Shown: positions 13,581 to 25,400 of the stretch, in pieces | Position numbering within the stretch: position 1 is the stretch's first letter | Layout of the letters: the number at the start of each line of letters is the position of its first letter | Assembly (NCBI GenBank): GCA_030704615.1 | Contig: CM060733.1 | Location: 39,990,001 to 40,054,000 of the forward strand | DNA from: Takakia lepidozioides | Lineage: Eukaryota; Plantae; Bryophyta | Length of the DNA: 64,000 bases | Direction: 5' to 3' | The notes under the pieces: generated by a model | Databases searched by the model: none | The model's input: only the letters and a program-made list of their open reading frames with translations | What the model was told of the DNA's origin: nothing | Program-made: the position numbers and the translations under genes

Positions 13581-16500
13581 GTGCAAACTCCCTTATTGGA
13601 TGATGACGAATTGCAAGAGATAACAAGTGTCATTCCAAAATTGAAAGCCCTCGCAGGTGTGCCTGGGTGCAAGAGCGAGCTACGTTTTGTTGATTGGGAG
13701 TCCCTTCCAGTGCAACGGGTTCAATACGTGCCATCTCAGTTTGATGGGGACATCTTGTTTGAGCTCAACCCTCCCACGTCTTCCAGTGGACTGGCTGGGC
13801 TTCTGCAGGGCATGGACAAGAAACATGACGGACATCCTTGGTGCAGGACAAAAACTTTGAACATCCATAACGACATTGGCTTGAAATTTCGGAGGTCGGT
13901 TTGCATTGGGCATTGCAAGTGCCTGAATATTTCTTGCCCTCGGCTGAGAAACAGCGCTCAGCCAAACGAAAGTGAGTGGGAAGGTGTGCCCCTGAATCCT
14001 TTCACCCCAGGGCTTGCACCTCCCAAGACCAATACTTTTGTGTGCAGGTTCTGCAAACTTTCCCCGTCCTGTGTTTCTGTTTGCCACGCTCGTATGTATC
14101 AGGTGGCACATCGATGCAAGACAATGACTCGTGCCTGCATTCATATGGGTGCACACGAGCATCCTGTGTCGAAAGGGAGTTGCAGGGATAGCGTGGACAT
14201 CGCTAGAAATCTACTGAAGCAAGAGTTCCATAATGCCCCTTGTGCAACACCTTCTGCTATAGCGCTTGCAGCTAGCAAGGCATTCCTGGAAAAACACATA
14301 CTGGGTGAAGGGGATGCGACACAGCCAATGCTGGATGCAGATTCCCTTGAGGCAGTCATGGACCATTTCTCCGTGTTGAGCTCTCCCAATATTCGAAACC
14401 AGGTGAATGCACTCAGAATGGGCACAGGCACTGCTGGATTCATGGACAACATTATGGACCTCAAACGGAGGAGTCGCTATGAATTCATTCAAAACAGTAT
14501 GTTCCCTGGCCAGGGCTCGTCCAAAGTGTATTTGTTCAAGATGTCCGCTGTGGGCCAAGGCAGTGGTGTGAGCATTGTCCGCCGAATGCAACCTGGAGGA
14601 GATTTGGCTAAATGTTGGTTAATGTTTGATCACTGCAAACGTGTGAAGGGTTGGACAACCATGGCGTGCCATGTGTATGATCCAGCGTACCAGCGTGTGC
14701 TCTCCATAGCAATTTGTGATATGCAGTCGGAGGACACTGAATCCCAGATGCTCATGTGGAATTCCCTCCTGACCGTCATGCAGCGCAATGGAATACAGAA
14801 CACAAATTTTGCGGGCTTCATGGCTGATAGTGCACAGGCAAATTTCAATGCAGTGCGGCGCGTGTTTGGTTCGGGGGATCCTAAGGTCCCAATGGAAAAT
14901 AGGGAGCGCACATGCCTCTTCCATTGGAGTCAATCTCTGGCACGTCATACAAAGCGCTGCATTCGCCCTGACCTTCAGTTGGAGCATAGAAGGCTCTGTC
15001 TGAAGTACAAGAATGCCACCTCAATGGGAGAAGCTGAGAGCACTTACCAGGCAATCCGGGCTTGGTGGTTCTCCTTTGGTGCTGCTACAGGTATCCACCT
15101 GAAGGAGTTGGAGGACTGGTTGGTTTTCTGGCACTTCAGGTACAGACAGTGGGGAGCTTTCATGACGACGGTAAGCCTCACAAGTTTTCCTTAAACACAA
15201 ATTGCACTTTGCATCGTGCCTGTTCATTTGGGGTTGTTCGATTGTCACTTGAAGAACCTCTACCATTTCTTTTCCTTCCTCACATTTCCATGCAATGCCT
15301 CCTGCAGGACATGTCCTTGGAGGACTTGGCCGACATGCCATCGTGTAATTTGGCAGAGACTGTTCACAACGCCTGGATGCAACAGTCTACCAAAGCAGGT
15401 CGTGACTTGTATGTGGCCACTGCTGATGACATGGTGCGGGCACTTACACAACAAACCAGGTACCGCAATTTTCTGATGGGACGGGGTGGAGGGAAGGGCC
15501 CCGATACGACTTTGTTGATGCTAAGGGCTGCGAGTAGGTCCGGAGACCCGTCAAAGATGGCCAGAGCTCTAAACAGGTGCACTGAAGGCTCCCCTCTGCA
15601 ATCCAGGGTCCCCCATTTGGAAGGCGAGGAAAGATTTGGATCATGCAAAAGGAAATTAAACACTCTTCCAGGGTCAGATGGAGATTCCCATAGGCCAGAC
15701 AGGGTCAATTTCTCTGTGCCAAAGGTGTCTCCAGTGCAGACTAAGTCCTGTGCCGGCCCCTTCCCAGGTGGGTCCTCCTCCTGTGGAGCAGGTGCAGAAC
15801 ATGCAAGCATAGCAGCGGAAATCCCATTGGAGGAGGTGGTGGCCATGGTGCAGGAATCTGATTGCATTGATAGTGACTGGCATATAGAACGCACCCCACC
15901 AGGATCTAGAGTGGCTTGCATGGCAATTCGGACCCCCTCATTCAAGAAATGCAAATCAAAAATATGCAAAGGCTCCAAGGGGACTCCAGCTCCAACATTC
16001 ACAGGGTTGTTCCGACCTTATCATAGTGGGGAGTCAAAAGAGCACAAGTTTTGGTTCTGCCCAGACGATATGGCACGATGCGTGAAGGGAACAGTTCGTC
16101 CTTCCGTGATAATGAAGCCCCCTCCCCCCGCAATTTGGCCTGTGAAAATTGGGACATCGCTGTCCTCAACCGAGATAAGCATGCTGGAGGAGGGAGGGTT
16201 TTGTCTTGCACGGTCCCGGGTGGTGCCCTTATGCACTGTCGGCACAGATGTGCCACATGCTCCGACAATGCCTCCACCCGGTGCCGACTCCCACCCAACA
16301 AAAAGAGATGGAAAAACAGTGCGCCGTGTTGCTTCGGGTGCAGATCACGAATGCAAGATGGAATCGGCTAGAATTTTGCAGGCTAGGGTGACTCGTATCA
16401 CCGAAGTCCCTTCCCCGGGGTATGGACGGATTTACACAGTGCTGTCAATTGGCTCAGTTCTTCATGCCAAAGAATATCAGGTTACCATTGGGAATTTCCC

Positions 16501-16720
16501 ATCGTGCACTTGTCCGGATTTTGTAACGATGCGTGAGGGCGCTCTCGGCATGAGAGGGAAGTGGGTCCCCTGCAAGCATCAATATTACATATACCTTGTA
16601 ATTATGTGTTGCGACGGTAAGAGAGACCAATTCATTCACCAAGCCACACTAGGCTACGGAGAAGTCATCACCCTTCTGCAGCGGGACACCTCGCGTAGAG
16701 CTCCGCCAACTTCTCTTTGA
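13575..16720 (+). CDS. Mutator-like (MULE) transposase with N-terminal GCM-like zinc domain and C-terminal SWIM finger; two exons, 5'-truncated
   Basis: ORFs 13503-15194 and 15062-16720 join in frame through a phase-0 GT-AG intron 15171-15307. Motifs: GCM-like DGHPW..CIGHCKC..C..CRFC..C..GAHEHP (13827-14165); D at 14628 (MFDH); D at 14826 (FMADS); CLFH at 14913; E at 15356 (CNLAET); SWIM CTC..CKH (16505-16579). No internal stops. First in-element ATG at 13812. Confidence 0.85.
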
Positions 16721-17139
16721 ACACATACGAGCCATGCCCGCTTCCCATGCTGGTTTCCAGGTTGCCGTGTGAAGACTTTTCATTTTATGACAAACATATA
16801 CATTTCGTTCACTTGTGAGGGCAAATGCACTTGCGATTCATTGTAAGCGTCTCTCTGTGAATTGAAATAAACTGTGTCAATCATTCTGAGCTCAAATCTG
16901 CCATGTTTACATATTCCTCTTTTTTGGCACGCATTGCAGACATGGTGCATGGTGGCCTCCTTTGTTTTGTCCACGGTAATAGGCCCTCTTCCTGCAATCC
17001 TCGCCTATAGGACCTGCTTCTCCAGCAGATTCATGCCGCTCACGCTTCCCTGAAGCGTGAGCTCAGCTCACGCTTCAAAGCTTGAACGTGAGCTCAGCTC
17101 CCAGGCTCACGGGGCTGGGCTCACGCCGTAGCTTCGCTG

Positions 17140-17218
17140 CGTCCAAGAAGGTCCACCATGCAGCCAAAGTGCTATACTGTCGGAGTGACACCATGATCTT
17201 GAATCAGGGAATCGAAGT
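17140..17218 (+). repeat. 79-bp exact copy of the neighbouring PPR pseudogene sequence 21926-22004
   Basis: cgtccaagaaggtccaccatg...cagggaatcgaagt is identical at both sites, in the same orientation. Confidence 0.95.
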
Positions 17219-18169
17219 CCGGGTGCATCCACAAATGACTCCGGCCGGCATTACCGAGTTTGCCATCACTCATGGGGCCAAGTTCATAGATGACAGGACA
17301 GATTCCCCCACGGATGACATGCATCACAACTACGTCGACAGCAACGTGTGCTTGCGAAGATGGAATGGGGTTCCTTGGAGAGGGGCGAGGGAGAGGAGCC
17401 CGGCTTTCATTCAAACGATTGTGGAGTGCTGCACCTACACAGACGCCAGAGTTCTGGATTTGTCGATGGGCACAGGTTCGTCTCTTCAACATTCACATTT
17501 CATGAGGTTTGATTGAGCTTGCACTTTCAGCACTTCCCACCGTTCCGAATGTGTCTTCAATGTCTTCTTCATTCATTCTATTTCACTGCAGGTGCTTCTT
17601 ACCACGCTTGCAAGGCCAGTGCGCGACATCTCTTTGGGATTGAAGGGGATGCTGAGATTTACAAGAACCTCCTGATGGGTTTGGGTGGACATACTTCTCA
17701 AGTCCTTCCGAAGCCCCGTCCCGTTGATACTGATACAGAGGAGACTTCTGACAAGGAGCTGGACTCCGACTTTGCCTGTGAGTAAGTTCAACCTGTGCAT
17801 GCTTTCATTGTTGTTTCAATATCGAGAGTCGTTGTTCTTGAGGCAAAGTGCACATGGGAGACATCCTCTTTGTTGGACTTGTGCATTGCATCGTTGTGTT
17901 AAAAATGAGGTTTTGTGGACATGTGCAGGAGTCCGCGTGCTTCCACTTGCCCTCCAGGGCTATCACACCTATTTGGACTTGTTTGCAGTCCTCCTCGGTC
18001 TTGCGTGCTACCTGTCTATGCGGAGGCACTCGCAGCAAGCATGTCCGTTCATGGCACTCCGAGTCCACCTTACGACGGCCTTCGTAGAACACGTGGTGTT
18101 GGGGCCAGAATCTTTGTAGATGACATAGCACAGGAGGTGGACACTGATTGTGATGACTGCGACACTTGA
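17219..18169 (+). pseudogene. C-terminal part of a beta-class N4-cytosine/N6-adenine DNA methyltransferase-like gene (N6_N4_Mtase fold), 5'-truncated
   Basis: Exon ending 17475, GT-AG intron 17476-17591 and exon from 17592 splice in frame to PWRGARERSPAFIQTIVECCTYTDARVLDLSMGTG-ASYHACKASARHLFGIEGDAEIY. This matches the consensus KP..LI...T..GD.VLDPF.GSG....A....R...G.E (SAM-binding motif I). A possible further in-frame exon is 17929-18169 (GTAAGT donor at 17782); otherwise the stop is at 17785. Confidence 0.72.
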
Positions 18170-18879
18170 TATGAAGTTTTCTTTTGGTTTAATTCTGGGC
18201 CAAATTTGAAATGGGATGGTTGTGTGTCCTTGTTGTTCTGTTTGCAATGTGTGCGTGGAATTCACATTCATGGTTACAAACTATTGTTGGAGATGGGGGT
18301 TGCATGGACTGCCTGGATTGTTCCTTCAATCTATTTGATGTTTTGTGGACCTCACAGACTTGAGTACATTGCGAAAACAAACAAACCACTTTGGTTCGTG
18401 TAGAGCATTCTCGCATCATTTGCTAGTTGGTCCCCAAACTATTCCTGCTAGAAGAATGGTTGGTGAATCCATCACGGTGAAGTCCACCTCATCAAAAACT
18501 GTTCAGGCATTCTCAATTCTACCCACATCGACCCGCGGAAATAGGTGACACCACTCGGAAATAGGTGACATCCGCGGAAATAGGCACTGTTTGCATGCTG
18601 ACGTGGCGTGAGCCTGTGCTGGGCTCACGCTTTCCTGGGCTCACAGGCTCACGCCTCCGGGCTCACGGAATAGCACCCCCCGGATCATTTATACCCCCTC
18701 TGTACATACATTTTGAAGATTATAAAACCCCCTCATGTAAATATATAGAAATTTGTAATTTAAAAAAAGTACCGCCTTCTGTATGTATATTTTCTTTCTC
18801 AATAGTTAAAAAATACCCTCAAATATGTATATGTATGTTTTTATATTATATCAAGTTTATTCATGCCCTCGATAAAACT

Positions 18880-19070
18880 TGCTGTGGAATCTCACTTTGA
18901 ACAATAATCAGATGCAGAGAGGAAAGAGACATTGTCAATGCCTGATGTGCAAGAGGCCTGAAGAAAGTTTCTATTTTCTGATATACAGTCCTGGGTATTT
19001 TCATCAGAGAGTGACCCTCTTGAAGACCATCAAGACCTAGTCACTGCACCTCTGTTCATCAACTAGGACA
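18880..19070 (+). mobile_element. RTE/RTEX-like LINE fragment
   Basis: ctttgaacaataatcagatgcagagag...attgtcaatgcc...gtgaccctcttgaagaccatcaaga matches 5000-5165 and 8215-8360. Confidence 0.65.
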
Positions 19071-19248
19071 GTTTCTGAACTTGTTCTACAGTTTCAACCT
19101 TCGCAAGGTCCAATTATGTTCAAAACCTACTGTTGAGAATTCCTCTCCAAAAAGAGATTTCGTGCGCCTTTGCTGCCATTGTTGGAGTCCAACCTTACTT
19201 GCAGCTGACAGAGTTCAATACATTCAATTAGGTGACAAGCATTTCATT

Positions 19249-22200
19249 TCACCAATACTCCCCACAAGAACAAACATCATTTTGGAAGTGGTGAAAGCGG
19301 TTTGCATCCCGTACAACAATCTCTTGCTTAGCTATCTTTGAGATGAATTTGGTGGCTGTGTGGCAATCACCACACATCCGAAGATTCCTGATGATCCCCA
19401 AAGACATCCCAGAGGGTGTGTTGATAAGCCCAAAAACAATGGCCAACTTCTCATTGTGGTGGCAAAGAGACGATTCTTTAAGCTCTTCCTCAACATCATG
19501 CAAAGCAAAGTGGGCTTCACCCCTTCGCACATCATTTGCTCATAGGTCTCCAAAGCCTCCATCCCGCGCCCTTGCTGTGCATATCCTGCAATCATCGCAC
19601 TCCACGACAGCACATCTCGTTCAGCCATACCGTCGAACACTCCATTCATACATGTCCACGAGGGTATTGTTCAGAATGACATTTGATACAATTGCAAATC
19701 TGACAATGTCGCCATGGACCTCTTTGCCCTTTTCCAGAGCTGACAGGCTTGCACACGCATTGCAAATGTACACAAACGTGATGTGGTCGGGCTTCACCCC
19801 TTCCCCCATCATTTGATCACAGGTCTCCAAAGCCTCCATACCACGTCCCTGCTGTGCATACCCTTCAAGCACCGCACTCCACGACACCACACCTCGTTCA
19901 GCCATGGAAACTCCCTTCGCATCCTTAATGCACCCACATTTGGCATACATGTCCACCAGGGGAGTGTTCAGAATGACATCTGGTACAATTCCAGCTTTGA
20001 CAATGTCACCATGGACCTCTTTCCCCTTTTCCAGAGCTCGCAGGCTTGGACACGCATTGCATCCTGCCAACATTATATTCCACGTGATCAAAGATCGTTG
20101 AGGCATTTTGTTGAACACTTGGTGAGCATCAATGATGCTCCCGCACATAACATACATGTTGACAAGGGTGATGAGTAGAAAAACATTGTGGACTCCCTCT
20201 CTTGATCCTCTTTCAGAAGCTGTGGTCATGGTTGAGGTGCTTGATTTTATCAACTGTGCCGTTGCAGCTGCTGCCTTTAGTTGACCATCTACCCATGCAG
20301 GTTTCTTGTAGCTACTGACCCCCACATGGAATCAAGGTAATCTGGAGCTTGAAGTCCAGCCCTCTTGGATGAATCTGGACCCACACTCTATCCATGCTCA
20401 TTCAGGAAAAAACAGGGAAAAACTTTGATAACAGGGAAAACCATGCTGAAATGTGTTGAAGAAGGTACCTTCATTAGCAGCGCCTTGTTCTATCGAATGC
20501 ACTGCTGCCGATGCTGTTTCCAGTTGACCATCTACCCACGCAGCTTTCTTGTAGCTATTGATCCGCAAGGAATCAGAAGTAATCTTGTGTTTAAAATCGA
20601 CCTCTTGGATGAATCGTGTTCCTCGACACCACCTCGTTCAGCTATAGTGTTGAACACTCCCTCCGCATCCTCAATGCTCCCACAATGGCATACATGTCCA
20701 CAAGGGTATTGTTCATAATCACATCCGATACAATTCCAGCTTTGGTGATGCAACCATGCACCTCTTTGCCATTTTCCATGGCTGCAGGCTTGCACACGCA
20801 CTGCAAACGCACACAAACATGATGTGGTCGAGCTTCACCCCTTCCCCATCTTGCGCTCCTGCTCTGCACACCCTGCAAGCATCGCGTTCCACGACACCAC
20901 ATCTCATTCAGCCATAGTGTTGAATACTCCCTTGACATCCTCAATGCTCCCACATTTGGCATACATGGCCACCAGAGCAATGTTCAGGATGACATCTGGT
21001 ACAATTGAAGATTTGACGATGTCACCAGGGATTTCTTTGCCCTTTTCCAGGGCTGCCAGACGCACTGCAAACGCACACAAACGTTATGTGGGCGGTTTCA
21101 CCCCTTCCCCCATCATTTGCTCATAGGTCTCCAAAGCCTCCATCCCGCACCCCTGCTGTGCATACCCTGCAAACATCACAATCCACGACACCACATCTCG
21201 TTCAACCATAGTGTTCAGAATGACAGGTAATCTGACAGGCATTCACCTTTTTGCATTCATTTTTTTTTGCCTCGGTTGTCCCACCATTGACTGGGGTCAG
21301 AAAAGTATTCATTCCACAGCTTCTCCTTATCTCTGTTACCTCTTTTAGGATACTTTCCTGTTATCAGTTGGGAGTATCATGTCAAAGTCACTCCAAACTA
21401 TCAAAGATTCACTCAACCAGCTAACTTGCAAAATTTAATATGGATATTTAGGGCCGATTCTGATAAGAGGGAAAAACAGGGTGAAATGTGTTGAAATAGG
21501 TGCCTTCATTAGCAACGCTTGATTTTATCAATTGTGTCGCTGCTACTGCAACTTCCACTTGACCATCTATCCATGCATGTTTCTTGTAGGTAATCATAGG
21601 TAATCTGGAAAACGGCTCCTGGCAAATCACCTTCATCTTCCCAGACAATCTTCTCAGCTCAGCATGGATTTCCTTAATTCTGGGATGCAACTTGTCATCT
21701 ACAACGAAGGTGTGTACCCTGTTGCAAACCTCAATGCAGCAGCGACCTGGCTCCCTTTCAACCCCTCTGACCTTCATCATTCTTCTCACCTTTACAGTAT
21801 CAACCCACCTGCCAGCTACAACATAGATGTTTGATAGCAACATAAGTCGCGGCATCCTGTTCATTCCACTTGAGGATAGATGTTGCCACACGTTTAGGTC
21901 CACTGCCTCATCCAGTTGTCCCGCACGTCCAAGAAGGTCCACCATGCAGCCAAAGTGCTATACTGTCGGAGTGACACCATGATCTTGAATCAGGGAATCG
22001 AAGTAGCGTCTTCCTTCATTCAGAAGGCCAGTGTGGCTGCATGCAGAGAGAACACAAACTGCTTCAAGCCGTTCTTTTGCATTCCTTCAAATAGTTGCAG
22101 GACCTCCCTATGACAAACCATGTTGTGCATATCCTGCAATCATTGCATTCCACGACACCACATCTTATTCAGCCATATTGTCGAACACTCCCTTTGCATC

Positions 22201-22440
22201 CTCCATGCATCCACATTTGGCATACATGTCCACCAGGGCAGTGTTCAGGATCACATTTGGTACAATTCCAGCTCTAACGATGTCGGCATGCACCTCTTCG
22301 CCCTTTTCCAGGGCTGCCAGGCTTGCACACGCACTGCAAACACACACAAACGTGATGTGGTCAGGCTTCACCCCGTCGCACATCATTTGCTCATAGGTCT
22401 CCAAAGCCTCCATCCCACATCCCTGCTGTGCATACCCTGC
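19249..22440 (-). pseudogene. Fragmented PLS-class PPR / E / DYW RNA-editing-factor pseudogene(s)
   Basis: P-L-S motifs (VKPDHITFVCVCSACASLAALEKGEEVH, NTALVDMYAKCG) in three blocks (~22440-22000, ~21215-20620, ~20180-19510). E/E+ region MVDLLGRAG..LLSNIY..EPGRCCIEV..HP (21945-21620). DYW end HNEKLA..NLRMCGDCH..RDANRFHHF..CSCGEYW (19249-19505). Multiple stops, frameshifts and deletions. Confidence 0.9.
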
Positions 22441-25400
22441 AAGTAATTTCCTATGGGTGTCTCGTTTCCTAGTCGGGAATCCAAGCTTCTATCTTTTTGT
22501 TTCATTCTAGATTTCTCCCTGGGCTGTTGCTAATTCCTAGCCTGGGGATTCTGAGCTTGGCTGTCTCTGCTCTGTCGTCTGTTTCTGCTTTTGTCTCTGT
22601 GGGTTTCTATCATGCAACTTCGGGGCAGTGTCATGGGTGGAAGAGGTCGTAGAGGGCAGTTTCCCACTATGAGAGGGAAGGGAGAGGAGGACGATGGGGA
22701 TTCCTTTCGGGATCCTCAGGTGAAACCTCAACTTCTTCCTTGCCCTCTCTGCTGGGCAAAAGCGCGTGTGCCTACGGTGGGCCCGCGTGTAGCAGAGGGG
22801 GTCGCAAAGGGTGGGAGCGCCCCTACAGGTCCCGTTGCGGCTCAGTTTGTGGGTCTGTTAGGCAAGTAGGTCTGTTGTTGGGTCTACTGGGCAAACAGGT
22901 CTGTTGCGGCCCATAAAACACATAAAACATGTACTGGTAATGCACATAAAACATTAATTATTGGATGGGCGGTGGGCTTATGAGCTAACCCCATTGGCCG
23001 TATTGGCAGGGCCCACAGTGCATTGAAGGCGCTATTATTAAAAAATGGTTGGCATCTTCAATTACAAATTTATCAAATAGCAAATATCAATGAAAATAAA
23101 TATAGTACACATAAAGAAGTAAATATACATAAGTTTAAGTATGTAGGCATATGTACACATAAATTAGTATAGTACACATTCCAAAGTAAGTGAAGAAGAC
23201 AGCGGGGGAGTACCGAAATTGTGGCTGGTAAGAAAAAACTGATAGCATCCTGGTCTGATAGAGCGAAACAAATTTGTTTTCTAAGACTTAGAGACAGAGG
23301 ATTCTATTGCACCCAACAAGATATGTTTGATTTCTCTACAGTTCTCGAAGACCGTCTTGTCCGACTCGAATGATATTTCACGTGCAAAACTATGTAGAGA
23401 TATGGGCGTCACTTTCAGCTGACTTCTCAGAAACCAAGTATTTTCTCAAATGATATCGGATTGGTCTAGTATCTAATACCAGTGCATATACCAATACATA
23501 TCCAGCCCAACACTGGAACTTACACCCACCCTAGCAACTCGGCCTTGAGGGAGAAAATAAACACCGTGGAAGCATTAACAACCCCAGCCCCAAGGCAGAG
23601 AGACAGATGACAGGGGTTTAAACCCCATGATCCCAGGGAAATACACAAGCAGTGGCCCTTGACAACCCTGTTGTGTTTTTATGGTTTTCAAAAAATAAAA
23701 AACTATGAACTAAAAAAAATTTCATGCATTTTTGGCATGACAATAAAAAAAATATATGTGGTCAATAATAATAATATAATAAACATATGATGCCTTCCGA
23801 AGAAAGCGTAAATTGTGGTATCTCTTCACCATGAAGGTTGACACCTCTTTGACATACTCGGGGGGAGGGGGCACTTCCAAACATTCCGTACGTGCAAAAA
23901 AATTTAGGGTACAATATATTTGTTGTAGATTATCGTGGCCTTGGAATTTAAATAAATATAGGATATGGAATATATATATATATATACCAATAGGGTCCTG
24001 ATAAATATTTGGGACACGTGTCGCCTAGTTACTATACAGATATGATATCTATTCCATCCTCATGTTCGAGAATTATGTCAGTTGTCCCCTGCCAGGCGAG
24101 ATTGCATTTGAATTGCTAAGAGAAGTGGCAGCAGGCATCAAGAGGGATAGGAAGAAGATGAAGGAGCATGTCAAGGACAAATGACCAATCGACTCGAATA
24201 CGATGAACAAGACTAGACTAGACAATGACGTGGTTCGAGCAAGACGCAATGCATGAGCAAGAATCAAAGGATAAGCCTATAACTGGATCTCTCTCCCACT
24301 TGCCCTCTGCTATGCTTCCTTGTTTGTTTCTAATTATTGACCGCAGCCAGCTTATTCGGTAATTTCTGGGACACGTGATGGTGCTTGGAAGGGGTTATGG
24401 TGCGGATTTCCTAAGAGTATCATCAAATGAAGCAACTCAGAATAAGAGAGTACACGAGTAAGGTAAGGCGTAGAGTCTAAGTTGCACCCGAAGATTTGTG
24501 TTGGCAAGACCGAGGTGTATCCAGTCTTGCCTCCTATATATATTAGCTACCTATGAACTTTCCTAGGGAGTTTCTCCAACCAAAGGATGTTTCTCACCTC
24601 ATCTTTCTTTCACATTGTCTGCTTCTCCTCGCTCCACGCCAAACGCTCTCCAACTCTCTATCAATCTGGTTCCCACCCCTTCCATTTCTCATGCATGTTT
24701 TGCCTGCAGCAGATCGTTCGGGGTCTGGATCTTCCGTTGCCGGTTCTTTAGGGACACCATTGCTAGGGAGGCGTTTGTATATTCGTGAAGGGCAAAGAGG
24801 TCTATGGTGACATCGTCAAGGCAAGTGTAACTTATGATGTCACTTCAACCGGAATTGCTATTGCCTTTCTTTTGGACGGTAGACAGCTTTTAACAGCCGT
24901 CCGCATTGTGGGAGGATTAAGGAACTGGTCGTTGCATCCCCTATTTTTACCATCAAATCGTATGTCTGCATTAAATTTTTGCTGTTCATATTGTTTTCGA
25001 GTAACATATATTTTCTATCAAAAGATTATTGTTTTGAGAAGAGTCACTAGTAGTGTGGAGAAACGCGTAGTCCTAATAAAACTAAACACTCTATTATGAG
25101 CATGAAGTATTAATGGGACATTTAATTGGTTAGCGCACAACAGTGACTTGATGATACAACAACAGAGAGGTCTCCAGTTCAAATACATTGATACGAGTTG
25201 TGGTTCATTATTTAGTTAATTGAGCATGTGATAGATGATAGTAGCATAGGAAGAGCTAGATGGTGCTACGTGTTAGTCTCGTGATCAGTAAAAGTTGCAT
25301 TGTCTAGATTATTATGTGTTTGTATTTTGTATGTTGTTTTGTTTTGTGTGTGTTTTTCCCGCGGCTGCTACTACTATACTGTACTGCGACGATTTTCTTC

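Larger units (their letters stand above)
13581..18681 (+). mobile_element. Mutator-like element lacking its left end; right end near 18680
   Basis: Transposase followed by cargo and a terminal segment 18530-18681 with repeated GCTCACG/CGTGAG and CGGAAATAGG motifs, ending GGAATAGCACCCC (reverse complement GGGGTGCTATTCC, a G-starting TIR-like end). No matching left TIR or TSD in the window. Confidence 0.6.

Noticed and set aside
23170-23490. Possible LTR-retrotransposon primer-binding site (minus-strand TGGTATTAGA at 23481-23472)
   Set aside because: One mismatch to the tRNA-Met PBS, and no paired LTR or gag/pol sequence was identifiable.
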